Positions 48,250 through 61,828 of a DNA stretch of 64,000 nt are shown here, piece by piece. Made by a program: the position numbers and the translations under genes. The stretch's first letter is position 1; every line of letters begins with the position of its first letter. Source of the stretch: Felis catus (lineage: Eukaryota); the NCBI RefSeq assembly GCF_018350175.1, contig NC_058380.1:73346001-73410000 (forward strand), read 5' to 3'. The notes below the pieces were generated by a model that saw only the letters and a list, made by a program, of their open reading frames with translations, had not been told where the DNA came from and did no database searches.

Positions 48250-48346
48250 CTTAGGGACTCTGCTGGGGACTCCAAAGACCAGGACGCAGCGCAGGCCCTC
48301 TTCCACCAGGGGCTTCAGCATCTCTTCCAGCCGGTTCACACCATAT
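48250..48346 (-). CDS. ALAD: ALAD exon 4
   Basis: (R)[32 protein letters not shown]; 97 nt. Confidence 0.96.
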
Positions 48347-48818
48347 CTGCATGGGGGTGGGGCGGAGGGCCCGAAATGAGGTAGGTCCCAGGCAAGGGGT
48401 CCCCTCACCTGTCTGTTAAGAGCCAAGTTGCACACGGCACCAGGATGGCTCAAGCCCCACAATACAGGGAGGGGTAGGAATGCACCCACCAAACAGATGG
48501 GAAAACAGAGGCCTGCAGAAACAGAGCTATGGAATTTAGCTCTGGAAGGCCCCTCCAAGGTTCTCACTGAACTCCCATTTGCAGTCCAGCTCCCCCTACA
48601 ATAGACTCTGCTATGACATCTCTGGTGATGAATGGATCGCTCGTCCCTTTATGAGGCTGCCTCTTGTGTTGTGGAGCAACTCTGTCCCTGAGAAAACCCT
48701 TCTCTCTACTGGGCTGGGGAGCTTCTCCAGATCTATCTCTTGGGTCTGCTTCCTGGCACCTCCACCTGGGAAATCTCTCCCTCCATCCTCCCCTGGCCCT
48801 CCCCACCACGTCCCCTAC

Positions 48819-48869
48819 CTGGCCACTCCCGGGAGGCTGTCGATGGGCTGTACGTCATCAGGAACGTCC
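48819..48869 (-). CDS. ALAD: ALAD exon 3
   Basis: (T)DVPDDVQPIDSLPGVA(R); 51 nt; acceptor TTGCAG|, donor |GTAGGG. Confidence 0.95.
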
Positions 48870-49707
48870 CTGCAAGAGCGGGGAGGGGTGGGCTATGGAC
48901 TGGTGGCTGTGGGAAGGGCCAGTGGCGAGGGAGTGACCGGGAGGGATGGCTGGGGAGATGGGAAGGAGTAGAGAAGCGGGGACGGAGGGAGGAGGCTGGG
49001 GTCCAGTGTCTGGTTCCCTGCCTGGCCAAGCCCAGGGCCTGAAATAGTAACAGGAACGACAAAAGAGTGACAGTGACAACAGAAGCGACTGGACTAAAAG
49101 AACAGTAATCACAGGAAGGAGTCAAATAGCTAAGAACTTGGACTCTAAAGTCAGCAGGCCCTCGCCTGCCCTCCCAGCCACTTACTGGCTGGGTGACCTT
49201 GGCCAACTTGTACCATGTCTCTTTGAGGCCAGGCCCTTCATCTGTATTTGGGTGGATTCGTTCATTCATTCAACAAATATCGAGCACTTATTATGTGCCA
49301 GGTACTGTTTACTCTCTGGAGATACAAACTGAACAAAACAGACACAAATCCCTGCCCTCGTGGAGATGACACTCTAGGGAATAATAGCCATACCTTCCTC
49401 ACACAAATACTGTCAGGACTGAATGAGAGAATACATGTAGGTGCTTAGCATAGTACCCGGTACACAGTAAGCACTCAATAAATGTCAGCCATTTCTATTA
49501 CTAATAATCACGGCTGCCACCTCTTACATGTACATAGCTCTTTACAAATCTACAGAATGCCTTCTCAGCTTCTGTCTTGTTGCAAAAGGATGCAACAAGG
49601 CCAGATGTTATTATTCAGGATGGCAGGCCGGGGTTATTGTTCTTATTTTCCAAATGGGGAAGACTGAGTTCTTTCAAGGTTTGTTTGGTTCCTAAAACTT
49701 GTCCTTA

Positions 49708-49847
49708 NNNNNNNNNNNNNNNNNNNNNNNNNNNNNNNNNNNNNNNNNNNNNNNNNNNNNNNNNNNNNNNNNNNNNNNNNNNNNNNNNNNNNNNNNNNNN
49801 NNNNNNNNNNNNNNNNNNNNNNNNNNNNNNNNNNNNNNNNNNNNNNN
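49708..49847. other. Assembly gap in ALAD intron 2
   Basis: N run ending 11 bp from the exon 2 donor. Confidence 0.99.
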
Positions 49848-49857
49848 CTGGGACTCA

Positions 49858-50259
<402 letters not shown>

Positions 50260-50427
50260 TCAGACACTCTCCTGGCTACTGGAACCTAATAACATAAGAT
50301 TTGGACTTGTGTTTTATAGGGTCTCTCTCTTTTTCTCAAATAACATTTCTCCAGCAATTCAATTTTATTTTATTGTATGTTATCCAAGGAAATCAATCTA
50401 TGATGGATTAGAAATTAGGATGAGAAG

Positions 50428-50648
50428 GGGCGCCTGGGTGGCTCAGTCGGTTAAGCGGCCGACTTCGGCTCAGGTCATGATCTCGCGGTCTGTGAGTTCG
50501 AGCCCCGCGTCGGGCTCTGTGTTGACAGCTCAGAGCCTGGAGCCTGTTTCAGATTCTGTGTCTCCCTCTCTCTGACTCTCCCCCGTTCATGCTCTGTCTC
50601 TCTCTGTGTCAAAAATAAATAAACGTTAAAAAAAATTAAAAAAAAAAA
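50428..50648 (+). mobile_element. Young SINEC_Fc in ALAD intron 1 (antisense to ALAD)
   Basis: Perfect 18-bp TSD AGAAATTAGGATGAGAAG. Confidence 0.95.
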
Positions 50649-53087
50649 AGAAATTAGGATGAGAAGCACTGATACAGCCAACATTTAAACTTTGTTTATT
50701 CCATGAAAAATGTTCATGTGCTTGGCAGAAATTTTAGATAAGCAAAAAGAGAAAAATCTCCTGTAATTCTACCTCTAAAGAAAAGCACCATTAACACCTC
50801 GGTACGGAGACTTCTGGCCAGGTGACTTCTGGCCTGGCGCAACACACGCTAAGAGGATTAAATAGCACCTGACAGACAGACAGACTGGCAGACAGAACTC
50901 CTGTAGAGTGGCCATGGAGGCTGTCTTTTCCAGCCTCACAGCCTCCTGCTGCTCCCCAAGCACAAGCCACACTTGGCCTTGGCCACTTTCTGGAAGGTTT
51001 CTGTCCCCTTTACCTAGAAGCTTTGTGCTCTCTCCACAACCTCCTCGCCCCCAAATCCTACCAGGTGCCCCTTCTTCCCTCTCCCACTAAGCCTCTCTTG
51101 CCCAGATCCTAATCTCTCTTATGTAACAGCTCTTTGTGGATCTAACTTATGCCATTCCAGTAGACAGTGCTTCTGCAGGGCATGGTCCACAGTGAGTTCA
51201 CTTCTGCCCTCCTCCCCACCCCCCAGCACTCTGCCACACAGTAAATGTTTAACTACATGAAGTATAAGACAATATGCCCTAATGCCAAGTAAGTGGTGTA
51301 AGACAGAAGGAAGCTGGGGCATTACCATTCATTTCTTGAGCACCTACGACATGCCAGGCCACGCTGGGCACTTGTACACATGATTTCTCATCAAGGTGGC
51401 ACTATAGTCCAGGCGGTAGGGTGGATGGAGTACCTCTCAGAGAGGAACCACCACAAGCATACCAGGAGTTCCAATGTGAGTTTGGAGGTTGGAAGAAGCT
51501 CGTTGGAGGAAGACAGGGGCTTAAATTTGGATGTTTCGGGATGAGTGGGTTCAGCTTGGCAGAGGGAAAGGGGCGAATGTTCCCTCAGGAAGGGAAGTGA
51601 GGGGCAAAGGTGGGGAAGGAGGAAAGGCTGTTCTGAGGGCTGAGAAGACAATTGAAGATGTATGTCCTGGGGAGGGGACAAAGGGAGGCCAGACTGAGGA
51701 CAGGGAAGATGGGGGAGGGGAGGGAGGTGGAGGTGGGGAGGTGGAAGTAGCCTAGTCAGAGCCTGGCTTTAGGAAGATAACTCTTGCAGGCTGAGAAGAG
51801 GAGCACAGAGACTGTGGGGGTAGATGGGAGGAAAAGGAAGGGCCACCGTAAGGCAGCCAAGAGTCAGTCTCTTGGGACGGATGCTCTGAGCTTCCGTGAC
51901 CCAGACGGCAATGGAGACAGGGACAAGGCAGGAAGAGGGTGGTGGGGAGCTGAGTTTTTGGAGGTGCCTGGGACAATACTTAGTAGCCAAGTAGGGGGGG
52001 AAAAAAAGAGCCACCAGTCTCTCCTTGTATGAATGGGACCTCAAGGCCCAGGGAAGGGCAAGGACTTACCCAAGGTTACACTTAGCAAGTTAAGAGGCTA
52101 AAACAGTAGGGCTAGAAATCTGGTGTCAATTCCTAGGCGGAGAAAGGGGGATGGGGATCCTTGAGTACGCTGATAATGCCTTTCTCTCAGGTCCTTTTAG
52201 CCCCCCTCCCAACCAGCTCAGGGGCCCATTTTATCCAATTCTCCTCCTTGGCAGGGCTGGGGTTATCAGGAGCCACACAAGGACACACCCTACTACCACA
52301 CCCCTCGGCCAACCACATCATTGGACACAGAGGCGAGTCAGGTCTCCCCAGTGATGTCCTAGCCCCTAAATGAGCAATCAGTCATTCAGCAGATGCAAAG
52401 TCCTAAGGGTCCATTTTGTGCAAGACTTTGCTGTCAGGTCTGCTAGAGGTTAGCTCAGCTCAGAAAGGTTAAGTCCTCTGCCTAAGACCACGCAGCTGGT
52501 TAGTAATGGGCCAGAATTTGAATCTGTTTTAGACAGTGAGTATAGGGTTTTATCTACCATACCCATAAACACTTGATAAACACTTGATTCAACAGGCATC
52601 TCTCTGCCTGTACTACCTTTGCCTTGTGGGTGGGAGAGATGGATAGGCAAGAGAAAAGATACTGAGTGTACGTTATGTGCTGGGCACTGGACCAGGTACC
52701 TTTACGTGTATCTCATCTAACCGCAGTGGTCCTTCCAACTTTTAGTGATAAGGAAACGGAGGCTCGGAGAGGTTAAGTGACTTGTTTGGAGCCCAGTCAG
52801 ATTTTGAACGTGCCTCTGATTCACCTCCTAGAGAACAACCTTTGTAGCAGGACCCTGTCTTCTGGAATCCAAAGCTGCATTCCACTGACCTCAACTCCCC
52901 ATCTACTTTAGAAGGCTGGGCCAGCAAATGCCTTCTGCTTATCAGAAGCAGCACAGCAGGCCAGCCAAGGTGCTTTGCAGCCCAAATTTTACCACAAGGA
53001 GGCTGGGAGGTTGGGGGCGGGGGCAAGGGTGAGAGGGTTGAGGGGAAGTCCTCACTAGGGCACAACCATTTGTGTCTGTTTTCTTCC

Positions 53088-53313
53088 TTTTTTTTTTTTT
53101 TTAAATGTTTATTCATTTTGAGAGAGAGAGCGAGAGAGAGCGAGAGTGCACACGAGTGTGAGCTGGAGAGGGGCAGAGAGAGAGAATCCTACGCAGGCTC
53201 CATGCTGACAGCACAGAGCCCAACACGGGGCTCGATCTCACGAACTGTGAGATCACGACCTGAGCCAAAATCAAGAGTCGGCCGCTTAACCATCTGAGCC
53301 ACCAAGGTACCCC
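53088..53313 (-). mobile_element. CanSINE in ALAD intron 1
   Basis: SINE head, body and tail read directly. Confidence 0.9.
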
Positions 53314-55419
53314 TGCATCTGTTTCTTTAATTTTAGGATTAGGGAGAGATTTGATTTGAGAAACGGGTGTCAGTGCTGAGAAAATTAGAAAGTTGGGAAT
53401 CACCAATCCTGTCCATTTCTTACATTCTGATGTGGAAAACGAGGTGCAGAGAGGTGACAGGCCTTGTTTGACATCACACAGTGAGTCAGGTACAGAGCCG
53501 GGCTTGACCATGAGTCTCCAGCCTTCTGGTCCAGTGCCCTGTCACCTACACCACACACTGTCATTCTGTTACAACAGGCACTTAATAACTAAATATTTGT
53601 GGAATAGAAAAACAGCCTCTAAGCCAGAGTTGCCTGTTTGCAGAGCCAAATCCATGCCAAGGTTTTGCTTTGCAAAAAGTCCCTCAAGACTGGGAGATTT
53701 CCACACATTTGGGAGGGCACTTCTTCCAAATCAAGGGACCTGCAAGCCACAGCTTAAATCCTGTGACACCTCAAAGACAATGGCAAGTCACCGTGGGACT
53801 CACCACGGGACCACCTATGCTCACCCACATTAGAGCAGGTTAGCTTAGCTGGAAGGCAGCAGCACAGGGTGGTGTAGAGAGAACCTTGTTTCAGGGTCAT
53901 AGAGGCCCAGGTCTGATCTGTGCTGTGTGGGTGACTTCAGGGAAGGTTGCTGGCCTTTCAGGGCCTTCATTTCATAATCTATAAAATGGGAATGATACTA
54001 CCAAACCTGCAAAGCTGCGGAAATTAGATTAGAGATAGTTAGGAGGTACGTGCCTGGCACCAGGTAGCAGCACAGTAAACGTGTAGCTACTTTTATCATC
54101 ATTCGGAGCAGAACTGAACTGGAAGGAGATCTGGAGTGAGCCCAGCAGTGCCTTCCCCACCACACCCAGAAGGGAGAACTTGCACTCAAACCTGTGTGGC
54201 TGCAGGGTCTTCTGAGATACCACACAGACGCTACCGTAGAGGGTGGACTAGATGTTAATCTATGGGAGGCGCCTGTGTCTCCAGGAGCCAAGGATGGCTT
54301 CGTGCAAGAGGTAGTTGTGCAGACTGATTATGAAGGTACTTCCTTCCTTAAGTAACTAAGTTGGGACCTGGGAGCTGCCAGAATGGGGGTGAGGGGGTGG
54401 GTCAGAAGGAGCTGCAAGGCCTGAACTTCCCATGTTATGCTCTGCTGAGGATTTCAGAGGCTGTGCTCTTGGCGCAGAGGGTGGGGAACTGCTGCCAGCT
54501 CTGGCAGGCTCTGCCACTAGTTGGGGAGGAGGCAGTCAGGAGGGCCAACTAAGTAGAAGGTGGCCAGGGCTGAGAAATCCAAAGCCCCAGAAGGGCCCAG
54601 GACAGCAGCTGTCAGGCAGTTCTGAAAAGGGACCAACTAACCAGCATTTCCTGAATATCTACCCTGAGCCATCCCAGTGCTGGATACAGGGATTAAAGAG
54701 AAGCAGGAGACCGAGGCCTTGACCTAGGGCTTTGAAGAGCCCAGCGTCTTCTGGGCTTAGCCATTTGGAGCTACAACGAGAATCAGCCAGTTCCACAGAC
54801 TCCTAGAATATCTTGGCTAAGAGGCTCCTTAAAGCTTGTTGATTACATCATCGAAATAATGGTGAACTGGGCTCAGAGAAAGGCAGACACTGGCTCAAGA
54901 TCTCGCAAGGGGTCAGTGGCAGATCTGGGCCTAGAATCCAGGTCTCCAGCAGCCCAGTTCTCAGGGCCCACCATTAGCCCTTGCTACTTTAAGTATAGAT
55001 TTCAAAGCTGCTTACTAGCAGAGTTGGGCTTGTGGAGAACTCTGAATGAAATAGGGGGGTATGAGGAAGGAGGCAGAACGTTGACTCTGGACTTGGCTAC
55101 AGCTGACAGCCTGATGGTTAAGCGTGTGGGATTTGGAGACGGTAGACATGGGTTCAAATCCTGGTTCTGTCACTTTTCAGCTGTGCGATCTCAGTTTCGT
55201 ATCTGGCAAATGGGAACTTGAACCGACCTCAACGGGCTTTTGTAGCCTTAATGGGCTAATGGATGTGACTTATGTATAAATCTAGCACAAAGCGACTGTT
55301 ACTGTCTCCACTTCCCTCCTCCTCCTCCCCCCCCTCCCCCAAATCCTTCAAGGCACCTCAGGCTCTGCACTGATAGAGAACGCACCAAGGGTCTCCAAGG
55401 GAGTGGACCCCAGAGAGGA

Positions 55420-56030
55420 GATGCAGAGCCCGGAGCCGGGCCCCCAATGGCTACATCCCCGCGGAGACCCCAATCCTGGGTGCAGCAAGGCAATCTAAAC
55501 AAGGGCCCCACAAGGACTCTGCCCCCGGCTGCACCGCCAGCGCTTTAGGCGCACGGCACATTTGGGTCTGGGGACAAGGGACTCTTGGTGCCACAGCCTC
55601 CACCTCCAAGTCCGCCGTCTCCCCGAGTCCGGCCCCCACTCACCTGGCTCCTCAAGGGCTCAGAGCTGTCGCTCCCGCCACCGCCGTAGCTCGTTTTAGT
55701 CTCCCGGGGCCCACGTGGGGGCGGGGCAGCTCACCCGGAAGCATCTCCCCCCCTTGCAGCCCGCCCCAATCAGCGTTGAGGCCACGCCCCCTACGGGCAC
55801 TGGGCTGGCGGGCCGGTCAGCTCCGGCCTCGGCCCCGCCCACACCCATCGAGGCCTGGCCAATCAGGTGTGCGAAAGGGCAGGCGGGCCCTCGTTTCCCT
55901 CCCCCCTCCTCCTTGCTCCTTACTTGGGGCCGGAGCTTGGGTAGCGGAAGGACAGTGGGGTCCTATGTGGGGGCGCAGAGGTGGTGCAGTAGGGGTCCCT
56001 GAGAGTCGGGCTCCGATGCGGTTACAGCCC
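55420..56030 (-). promoter_or_regulatory. ALAD: ALAD housekeeping promoter and non-coding exon 1A (donor at 55644)
   Basis: CpG island; donor CAG|GTGAGT; E-box CACGTG 55712-55717; GC box; ETS CCGGAAG ~55735; CCAAT boxes 55766-55770 and 55859-55863. Fits the known GC-rich 1A promoter architecture. Confidence 0.8.
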
Positions 56031-56803
56031 TGAGGTTCTCTTTACAGTTTTCCTTTTCCCAGTCTAGTGCATACTTGGCGCTGGTTAATCGTTGAAAGAA
56101 TAATTGGATGTCAAGGACATTAAAACAACACCTTAATACCGAAAACAATAGCTACGTCCATTTTTGCAGACTGAGTGTTTTAAAGCTGTTGAGTTCAGCA
56201 CCAGGCGGCCTTCCAGGTTTTCAGAGGAAAATTTATTCCAGTGTAATTACTCAGAGCCTGCTCTGTGCCATGGATTGAGAGAGGTGATGTGAAAAGACAT
56301 GGGCATTCTGGAAAAGCTCTAAGTCTGATAGGGGCATCGGGCCAGTCTAGGATGGGTACAATGCGACATTTGACCAAAGGTCTGTGCGCGGTTTGGGCAG
56401 AATATGTGCAGGGGCAGGAGGGAACCAACGAGGCTTATGGGGCTTGGGTGAACTGGTAGGATTTGGGTGAATGAAGTAGGGGGTGGAGATCAATACTCTA
56501 GCAAAGGAATGCCCTTATCAAGGTGCAGTAGGGATTATAGAAAAGCTGACTTTGACTTGTAGAGGAGGCCAGTGAGTTGGTTGTATTACACTTACTCTCA
56601 CTCTCAGATTTTATTTCTCAAAATTGGTACCCGGAACCCGTTTTATACCTCTTTACATTCCAAGTTAAATAGGCAGAGAGGCTTAATGCTAGGGAAATAT
56701 GAGACCTGTGTAGCTTCCAGCTACTAGAGTTCTGATCTGTGGTCAAATAAGGGAGGTGGGACAATGAGGTCATATTTTTTGTGCATTTAAGAGTCAGGGA
56801 CAC

Positions 56804-59068
56804 GGGGCGCCTGGGCGGCTCAGTCGGTTGAGCGGCCGGCTTCGGCTCAGGTCATGATTTCACGGTCTGTGAGTTCGAGCCCCGCGTCGGGCTCTGTGCT
56901 GACAGCTCAGAGCCTGGAGCCTGTTTCAGATTCTGTGTCTCCCTCTCTCTGCCCCTCCCCCATTCATGCTCTGTCTCTCTCTGTCTCAGAAATAAATAAA
57001 CGTTAAAAAAAAAATAAAAAAAAAAAGAGGGACAGTATCATGCATTCACTTACCTAGTTTTGATGACAATTATGTTACTATCCTTGTTTTAGACTGGGAA
57101 GACAATCTCTGGGGAGATTAAATAATTTGCCCTGCGTCACACTGGGTTTTCTCTGCAATGCCTACTAGTCATGCTCCTTCAACTCATATGGGTAATTAGT
57201 ACCCCCCCCCCCCCCCCGTATAGATCCCCTGCTCATTTCTTTCATGACACCAGTTCCATCTCAGAGTTTATTGATAACTAGGTATAATTAGGACTATTTA
57301 CCTCAAAGAGCTCAGTAGGAGTGGAAAATTTAAGAATGCTGCTGTTTGGTGTGATCTATTTCTCACATTTTGTTCTTGGCGAGAAAACCTGAGTTCCCAT
57401 TCTCTACCCTACCCCCAAAATTTGAAAATACTTTTAATCTTTCCATCTCATCCATAAAAAGTATTGTGAATGCAACAATGTGACTAGATCTTAAACATAA
57501 TGTTGAGCAAAAGAAGTCAGGCACAAGAATACATATTGTATGATTTCATTTATATAAAATACAAACCAGGCAAAATTCACTTGTGCTGTTAGAAGTTAGG
57601 ATAATGATTACAATTGAGGAGGAGAGCGACTGGAAGGGGGACCAAAGGGGTTTATTGGGGTGCCGGTCATGTTGTTTACTGATCTGAGTGCAAGTTACAT
57701 GGATGTGTTTGTGCAAGTTCATCCAACTTTACATCTACATTTATCTGCACCATTTAGTAGGCATATTATACTTCAATAAAAAATAATAAAAAAAAACCCA
57801 CAAACCCCTCAAAACCTACTATTGTGAGTACTTCCCAGGGAGGTACAAGGCATGGTGCTAAATGCTGTCAAGTGCTAGCAAGAGATTAGTGGTTGCTGGG
57901 GACTGGAGGGAGGGAAGCATGAGCAAATAGCTGCTTAATAGGTGCAGGGTTTTATTTTGGGGTGATGAAAACGTTTTGGAGCTAGACAGAAGTGGTGGTT
58001 GCACAACACAGTGAGTGTGCTAAATGCCAGTGAATTGGTCATTTAAAAATGATTAACGTTATGTTCTGTGAGCCTCATCTCAACTGAAAGATAAAATTGG
58101 TTCATTGAATGCAATGTAGTATTCTGGAATGGATCCTGGATCAAAAAAGGCCTTTAGTGGAAAAAGTGGTGAAATACGAATAGTTTGGTATTTGGTATTT
58201 TTCTGTTTTGACAAAGGTACCATGGTTATGTAAGATGTCAACATGAGGCAAAGTTGGGTGATTATATGGGAACTCTCTGCACTCTGCAACTTTTCTGAAA
58301 ACTAAAATTGTTCTAAAATAAAAAGTTAAAGAAAAAAAGAGAAATAGAAGGCCATGGACCACTAGAACAGGATCCTAGCTTTCATAAATTAGTGGTAAGA
58401 TCTTAAGCAAGTCACTTCTCTCTGATGAGCCTCCATTTCCCATCAGCAAAAATAGAATTAGGCTGCAAAAGTAATTTTTAAACGATTTTTAAGTTTATTT
58501 TTGAGAGAGAGTGAGAACGAGCTGGGGATGGGGACAGAGAGGAAGAGAGAGGATCCCAAGCAGTCTCCACACTCAGCAGGTGCTCCACCTGGGGCTAGAT
58601 AGGAACCTGAGTCAATATCAAGAGTCAAAGGCTTAACTGACCCAGTCACACAGGTACCCTGATTTTATTTTATTTTTTAAGTAATCTCTACACCCAATAT
58701 GGGGCTTGAACTTACAACCCCAAGATCAAGAGTCGCACATGCCACTGACTGAGCCCGCTAGATGTCCCTGCAAATGCGATTTTACCTGGGTAAGGATGAA
58801 AACCTTTCACCCTCCAAATCCAGATCAGAATCTCTAGGCATGAAGGGAGGTGGCTTACAAAAGATGAGATTTTTGCCTTAACCTAGTAAGCAACCTTCAA
58901 AATTCGGATACCCCTACAGGAATGATTAGGGTGTGCTTGGAAAAAACTGGTTGATAACCTCAGATTCCTCCCAGTTCTTTTAAGTAATCTCTACACCCAG
59001 CACGGGGCTTGAACTCACTATCCTGAGGTCAAGACTCACATATTCTACCAACCGAGTCCGCTAGGCCC
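56804..59068. mobile_element. ALAD-POLE3 intergenic repeats: SINEs (56804-57027 plus; 58485-58660, 58670-58768 and 58980-59068 minus) and old L1 3' fragments (~57460-58330)
   Basis: SINE motifs; L1M-type 3'UTR motifs (TTTTGGGGTGATGAAAACGTTTTGGAGCTAG). Confidence 0.75.
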
Positions 59069-59920
59069 CACTTCTGTAGTTTTAAGTCATAGTTCCCGCT
59101 CTCAGGAAACATGGCTTAGGTAGTCAAAATGTGCTAACTAAAACCATGTGCAAGGAGAGTTCTTTTGGGGATTCAATGACCGGAGACTTACACCATAAAG
59201 TAGAAATGGATTGGAATAGGTGGTAAGGCAATCCCTCCTTAAGCAGGTTTTGTGTACCAGGTTTAAGTATGGATTTAACGGGACGCAGTGAGGGGCTGGA
59301 ATACAGCTATGTTCCAGGAAGATCCACTTGGCAAGCAGTACACAGAAGCTAGGGCAAGCAGAGATGAGGCAAAAAACTGAGCTCAAAGGAAGCCACAGGA
59401 GTCCAGATGGGACTTGAGAGTTTAGCTGAGTGGCGCTCATGGGAGTTAAGAAAGGATGTTTCTTTTGTGGAAAAGGAAAAACCACCAGATCTAGTGACTA
59501 CCGGGGTTGTACCTTTATGAAATGTTATTTATAAATTCATGATTTAAAAAGTTCTGTACATTAGAGAATATAGCGTTGTGGCTGAGATCACAAAGGTAAT
59601 AGCTCTCCTTGATAGAGTTTCAGAGTTTATACTTGAAAGCATTTAGAACGGTGCCAGCCTCATAGTAGGGACTCCATAAATGTTGAGTCATTGAGCAACT
59701 AGTACGCATAGGTTGCCCAGCAGAGCCATGAAAACCTCTTGTTGTGGTCGAAGAGCAGCATCTGCTGGCCATCCAAGGTAACGCAGGATCCCGTGTTTAC
59801 AAAGATCTGGGCGGGTCCACATGTCAAGAACTCTTTGAGGCAGGATCAGTGGGTCCTCCCCAAAAGCATACTATAAACAAGCAGGATGAAAGGGAGTCAC
59901 CACTTTTAACAAGAATGTTC

Positions 59921-59926
59921 TTTATT
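59921..59926 (-). terminator. POLE3: POLE3 poly(A) signal AATAAA
   Basis: TTTATT on +, ending a repeat-poor ~1.35 kb 3'UTR; UGUA element just upstream on the mRNA strand. Confidence 0.7.
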
Positions 59927-61271
59927 TATACAAAGCATTATAATTTTCCTCAATAGTCTTCACTCAGTTGTCAACAAACTTTTGGCTGTATTCGTTTAAC
60001 AAATTAACAGTGTCAAACTACATACACCTCACTACCTGTCAACCTCCAAGCGCTCAACTTAGAGACAAACAAAAAAGTGCTTGGGGCACCACATGTCAAG
60101 GGGAAAAAAAATAAGATTAACAGAGTTACTTTAGAAGCAGTTAAAGGGGTTGGCTTTTGGGGGTGGGGATTAGATTCCTGAGCACCATCAAATTTCTGCC
60201 CTTTAAGCAGGTTATCAAAGTTTCTGGGTTGGCAGATGTGAGAAAAGGAGAGAGAGAGAAAGTGGAATGGGGAACAGAAGAGAGGCAGAAGAGAGACAGG
60301 AAGGGAGAAGCACAGAGGGACCAAATGTGCATAGAAGAAAGTTTGGAACTTGTCAGGAATTGGAAGGATGAAAAAATTAAAGCCACAAGCTTGGGAAATG
60401 GACTACAAGAAGAGAAAGCCTGGAATTTTATACCTTCCAGGAGGTGACAATAAAGCGATACAGTGGCAGGCAGCGAGGTGCAACTAAGACTAAACCATCT
60501 GTGTTTTTTTCCCCATTTTGTTTTTGTGGGGGTTTTCTGTTTGTTTGGTAAGTGTGCTAAGATATTAGCACACTTGCTTGACTAACTCCACTCTACACTG
60601 CTGCTTTAAAAGCTTATGAGGCCAGAGAGCAGCCACCCCAGCAGGCCAAATGCCTACCAGGCAATATAGAGGGGCTGCAAGCCAGTGGGGTCTGTGGAAA
60701 TCAAAATTCAATGTTACCTTAAAGTGAAGAGACAACAGATTTCATTATTCTCCTATAGTCTTTTAGTACTTTCCTAAAGCTAAACCATTCTAACCACTTG
60801 TAATAATAAGCTAGTATTGCCATATCCTGTACAGTCACAACCGGCTGACCATGCTCAAAGCCCCAATTTTTCCTGAGCTTTGACTGCCTCTGTGATCTGG
60901 AACACAGCAGGCAGCATGGAAGTTATTATTACTTTTTTGGGGGTGGGGTCAGAAGGGAACTGGGGATCAAAAACTGCCTAACCACGTATGTAAGGGAACA
61001 GGAGAGATCAGGTCGACTAATTACATTAGCCGCCCAGAATCCCTCTTGCCTAAAAGTCATTACCTTCAGACTGATTTAGCAACACAGGACCCTGCTACTC
61101 AGATGCTCTGACGGAAGTGCTGGTTTTGATGATGATTCAGTCGTCAGTTTTTATTTTGACCTTCTCAGGCTTTTCTGGCTAAGACTACTCTGCCCAGCAG
61201 GGAAAAGCTTCTCACAAACGTACCACATGCCAGGGTGGTACTTTCCAGCGTGCCACAGTCTTCCCATCCCG

Positions 61272-61444
61272 TTAGTTGTCCACTTCCTCCTCCTCATTCG
61301 GCTCTTCTTCTTCCAGCCTGTCCTCGTCTTCATCGTTGTCCTCATCCCTGCTCTTGTCTTGCTCTTCCGAATCTGTTTTTTTGTCTTTGTCCTTCTTCTT
61401 TTGCTCTGAAGCTTCCTTCTTGCCTTTCTGCTCTCGCCTGTAGG
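61272..61444 (-). CDS. POLE3: POLE3 last coding exon (acidic tail)
   Basis: (A)[56 protein letters not shown]; joined CDS is 444 nt = 147 aa (CHRAC17). Confidence 0.96.
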
Positions 61445-61709
61445 CTGTAAGGAGGAAGGTGGGGGTTAGGAGGCAGGGCTGAACCAAGCAGACTGCAGCA
61501 GCTAACTCCACTGTATAACTGGAAAAGCTGGGGCAGAGAAGGAAAAATACAAATCAGATCTGAGGCGGTGCCAACGGAATGGATTCTGAGTCACGTCCAA
61601 TACCTGTCTCCTGTTCTTACAGGGACCCAAGCGGAGAAGACTCAGGGCCAGGTGAGCAGGTAAGACAGGATGAACATCTACTTGGCTGAACAAAGAAGAG
61701 GGTCATTAC

Positions 61710-61828
61710 CTTCCAGAGCTTCCTTCAATGGGGTGACGAACCGCTGGAACTCCATCTCTTCCATGGCTGAGAGCACGTCACTGGCATTCAGTGTCTTGCG
61801 TTTCCCTTTCATCGCAAAGTTGTTGGCG
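61710..61828 (-). CDS. POLE3: POLE3 coding exon 3
   Basis: (C)[39 protein letters not shown]; histone fold; 119 nt. Confidence 0.96.
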
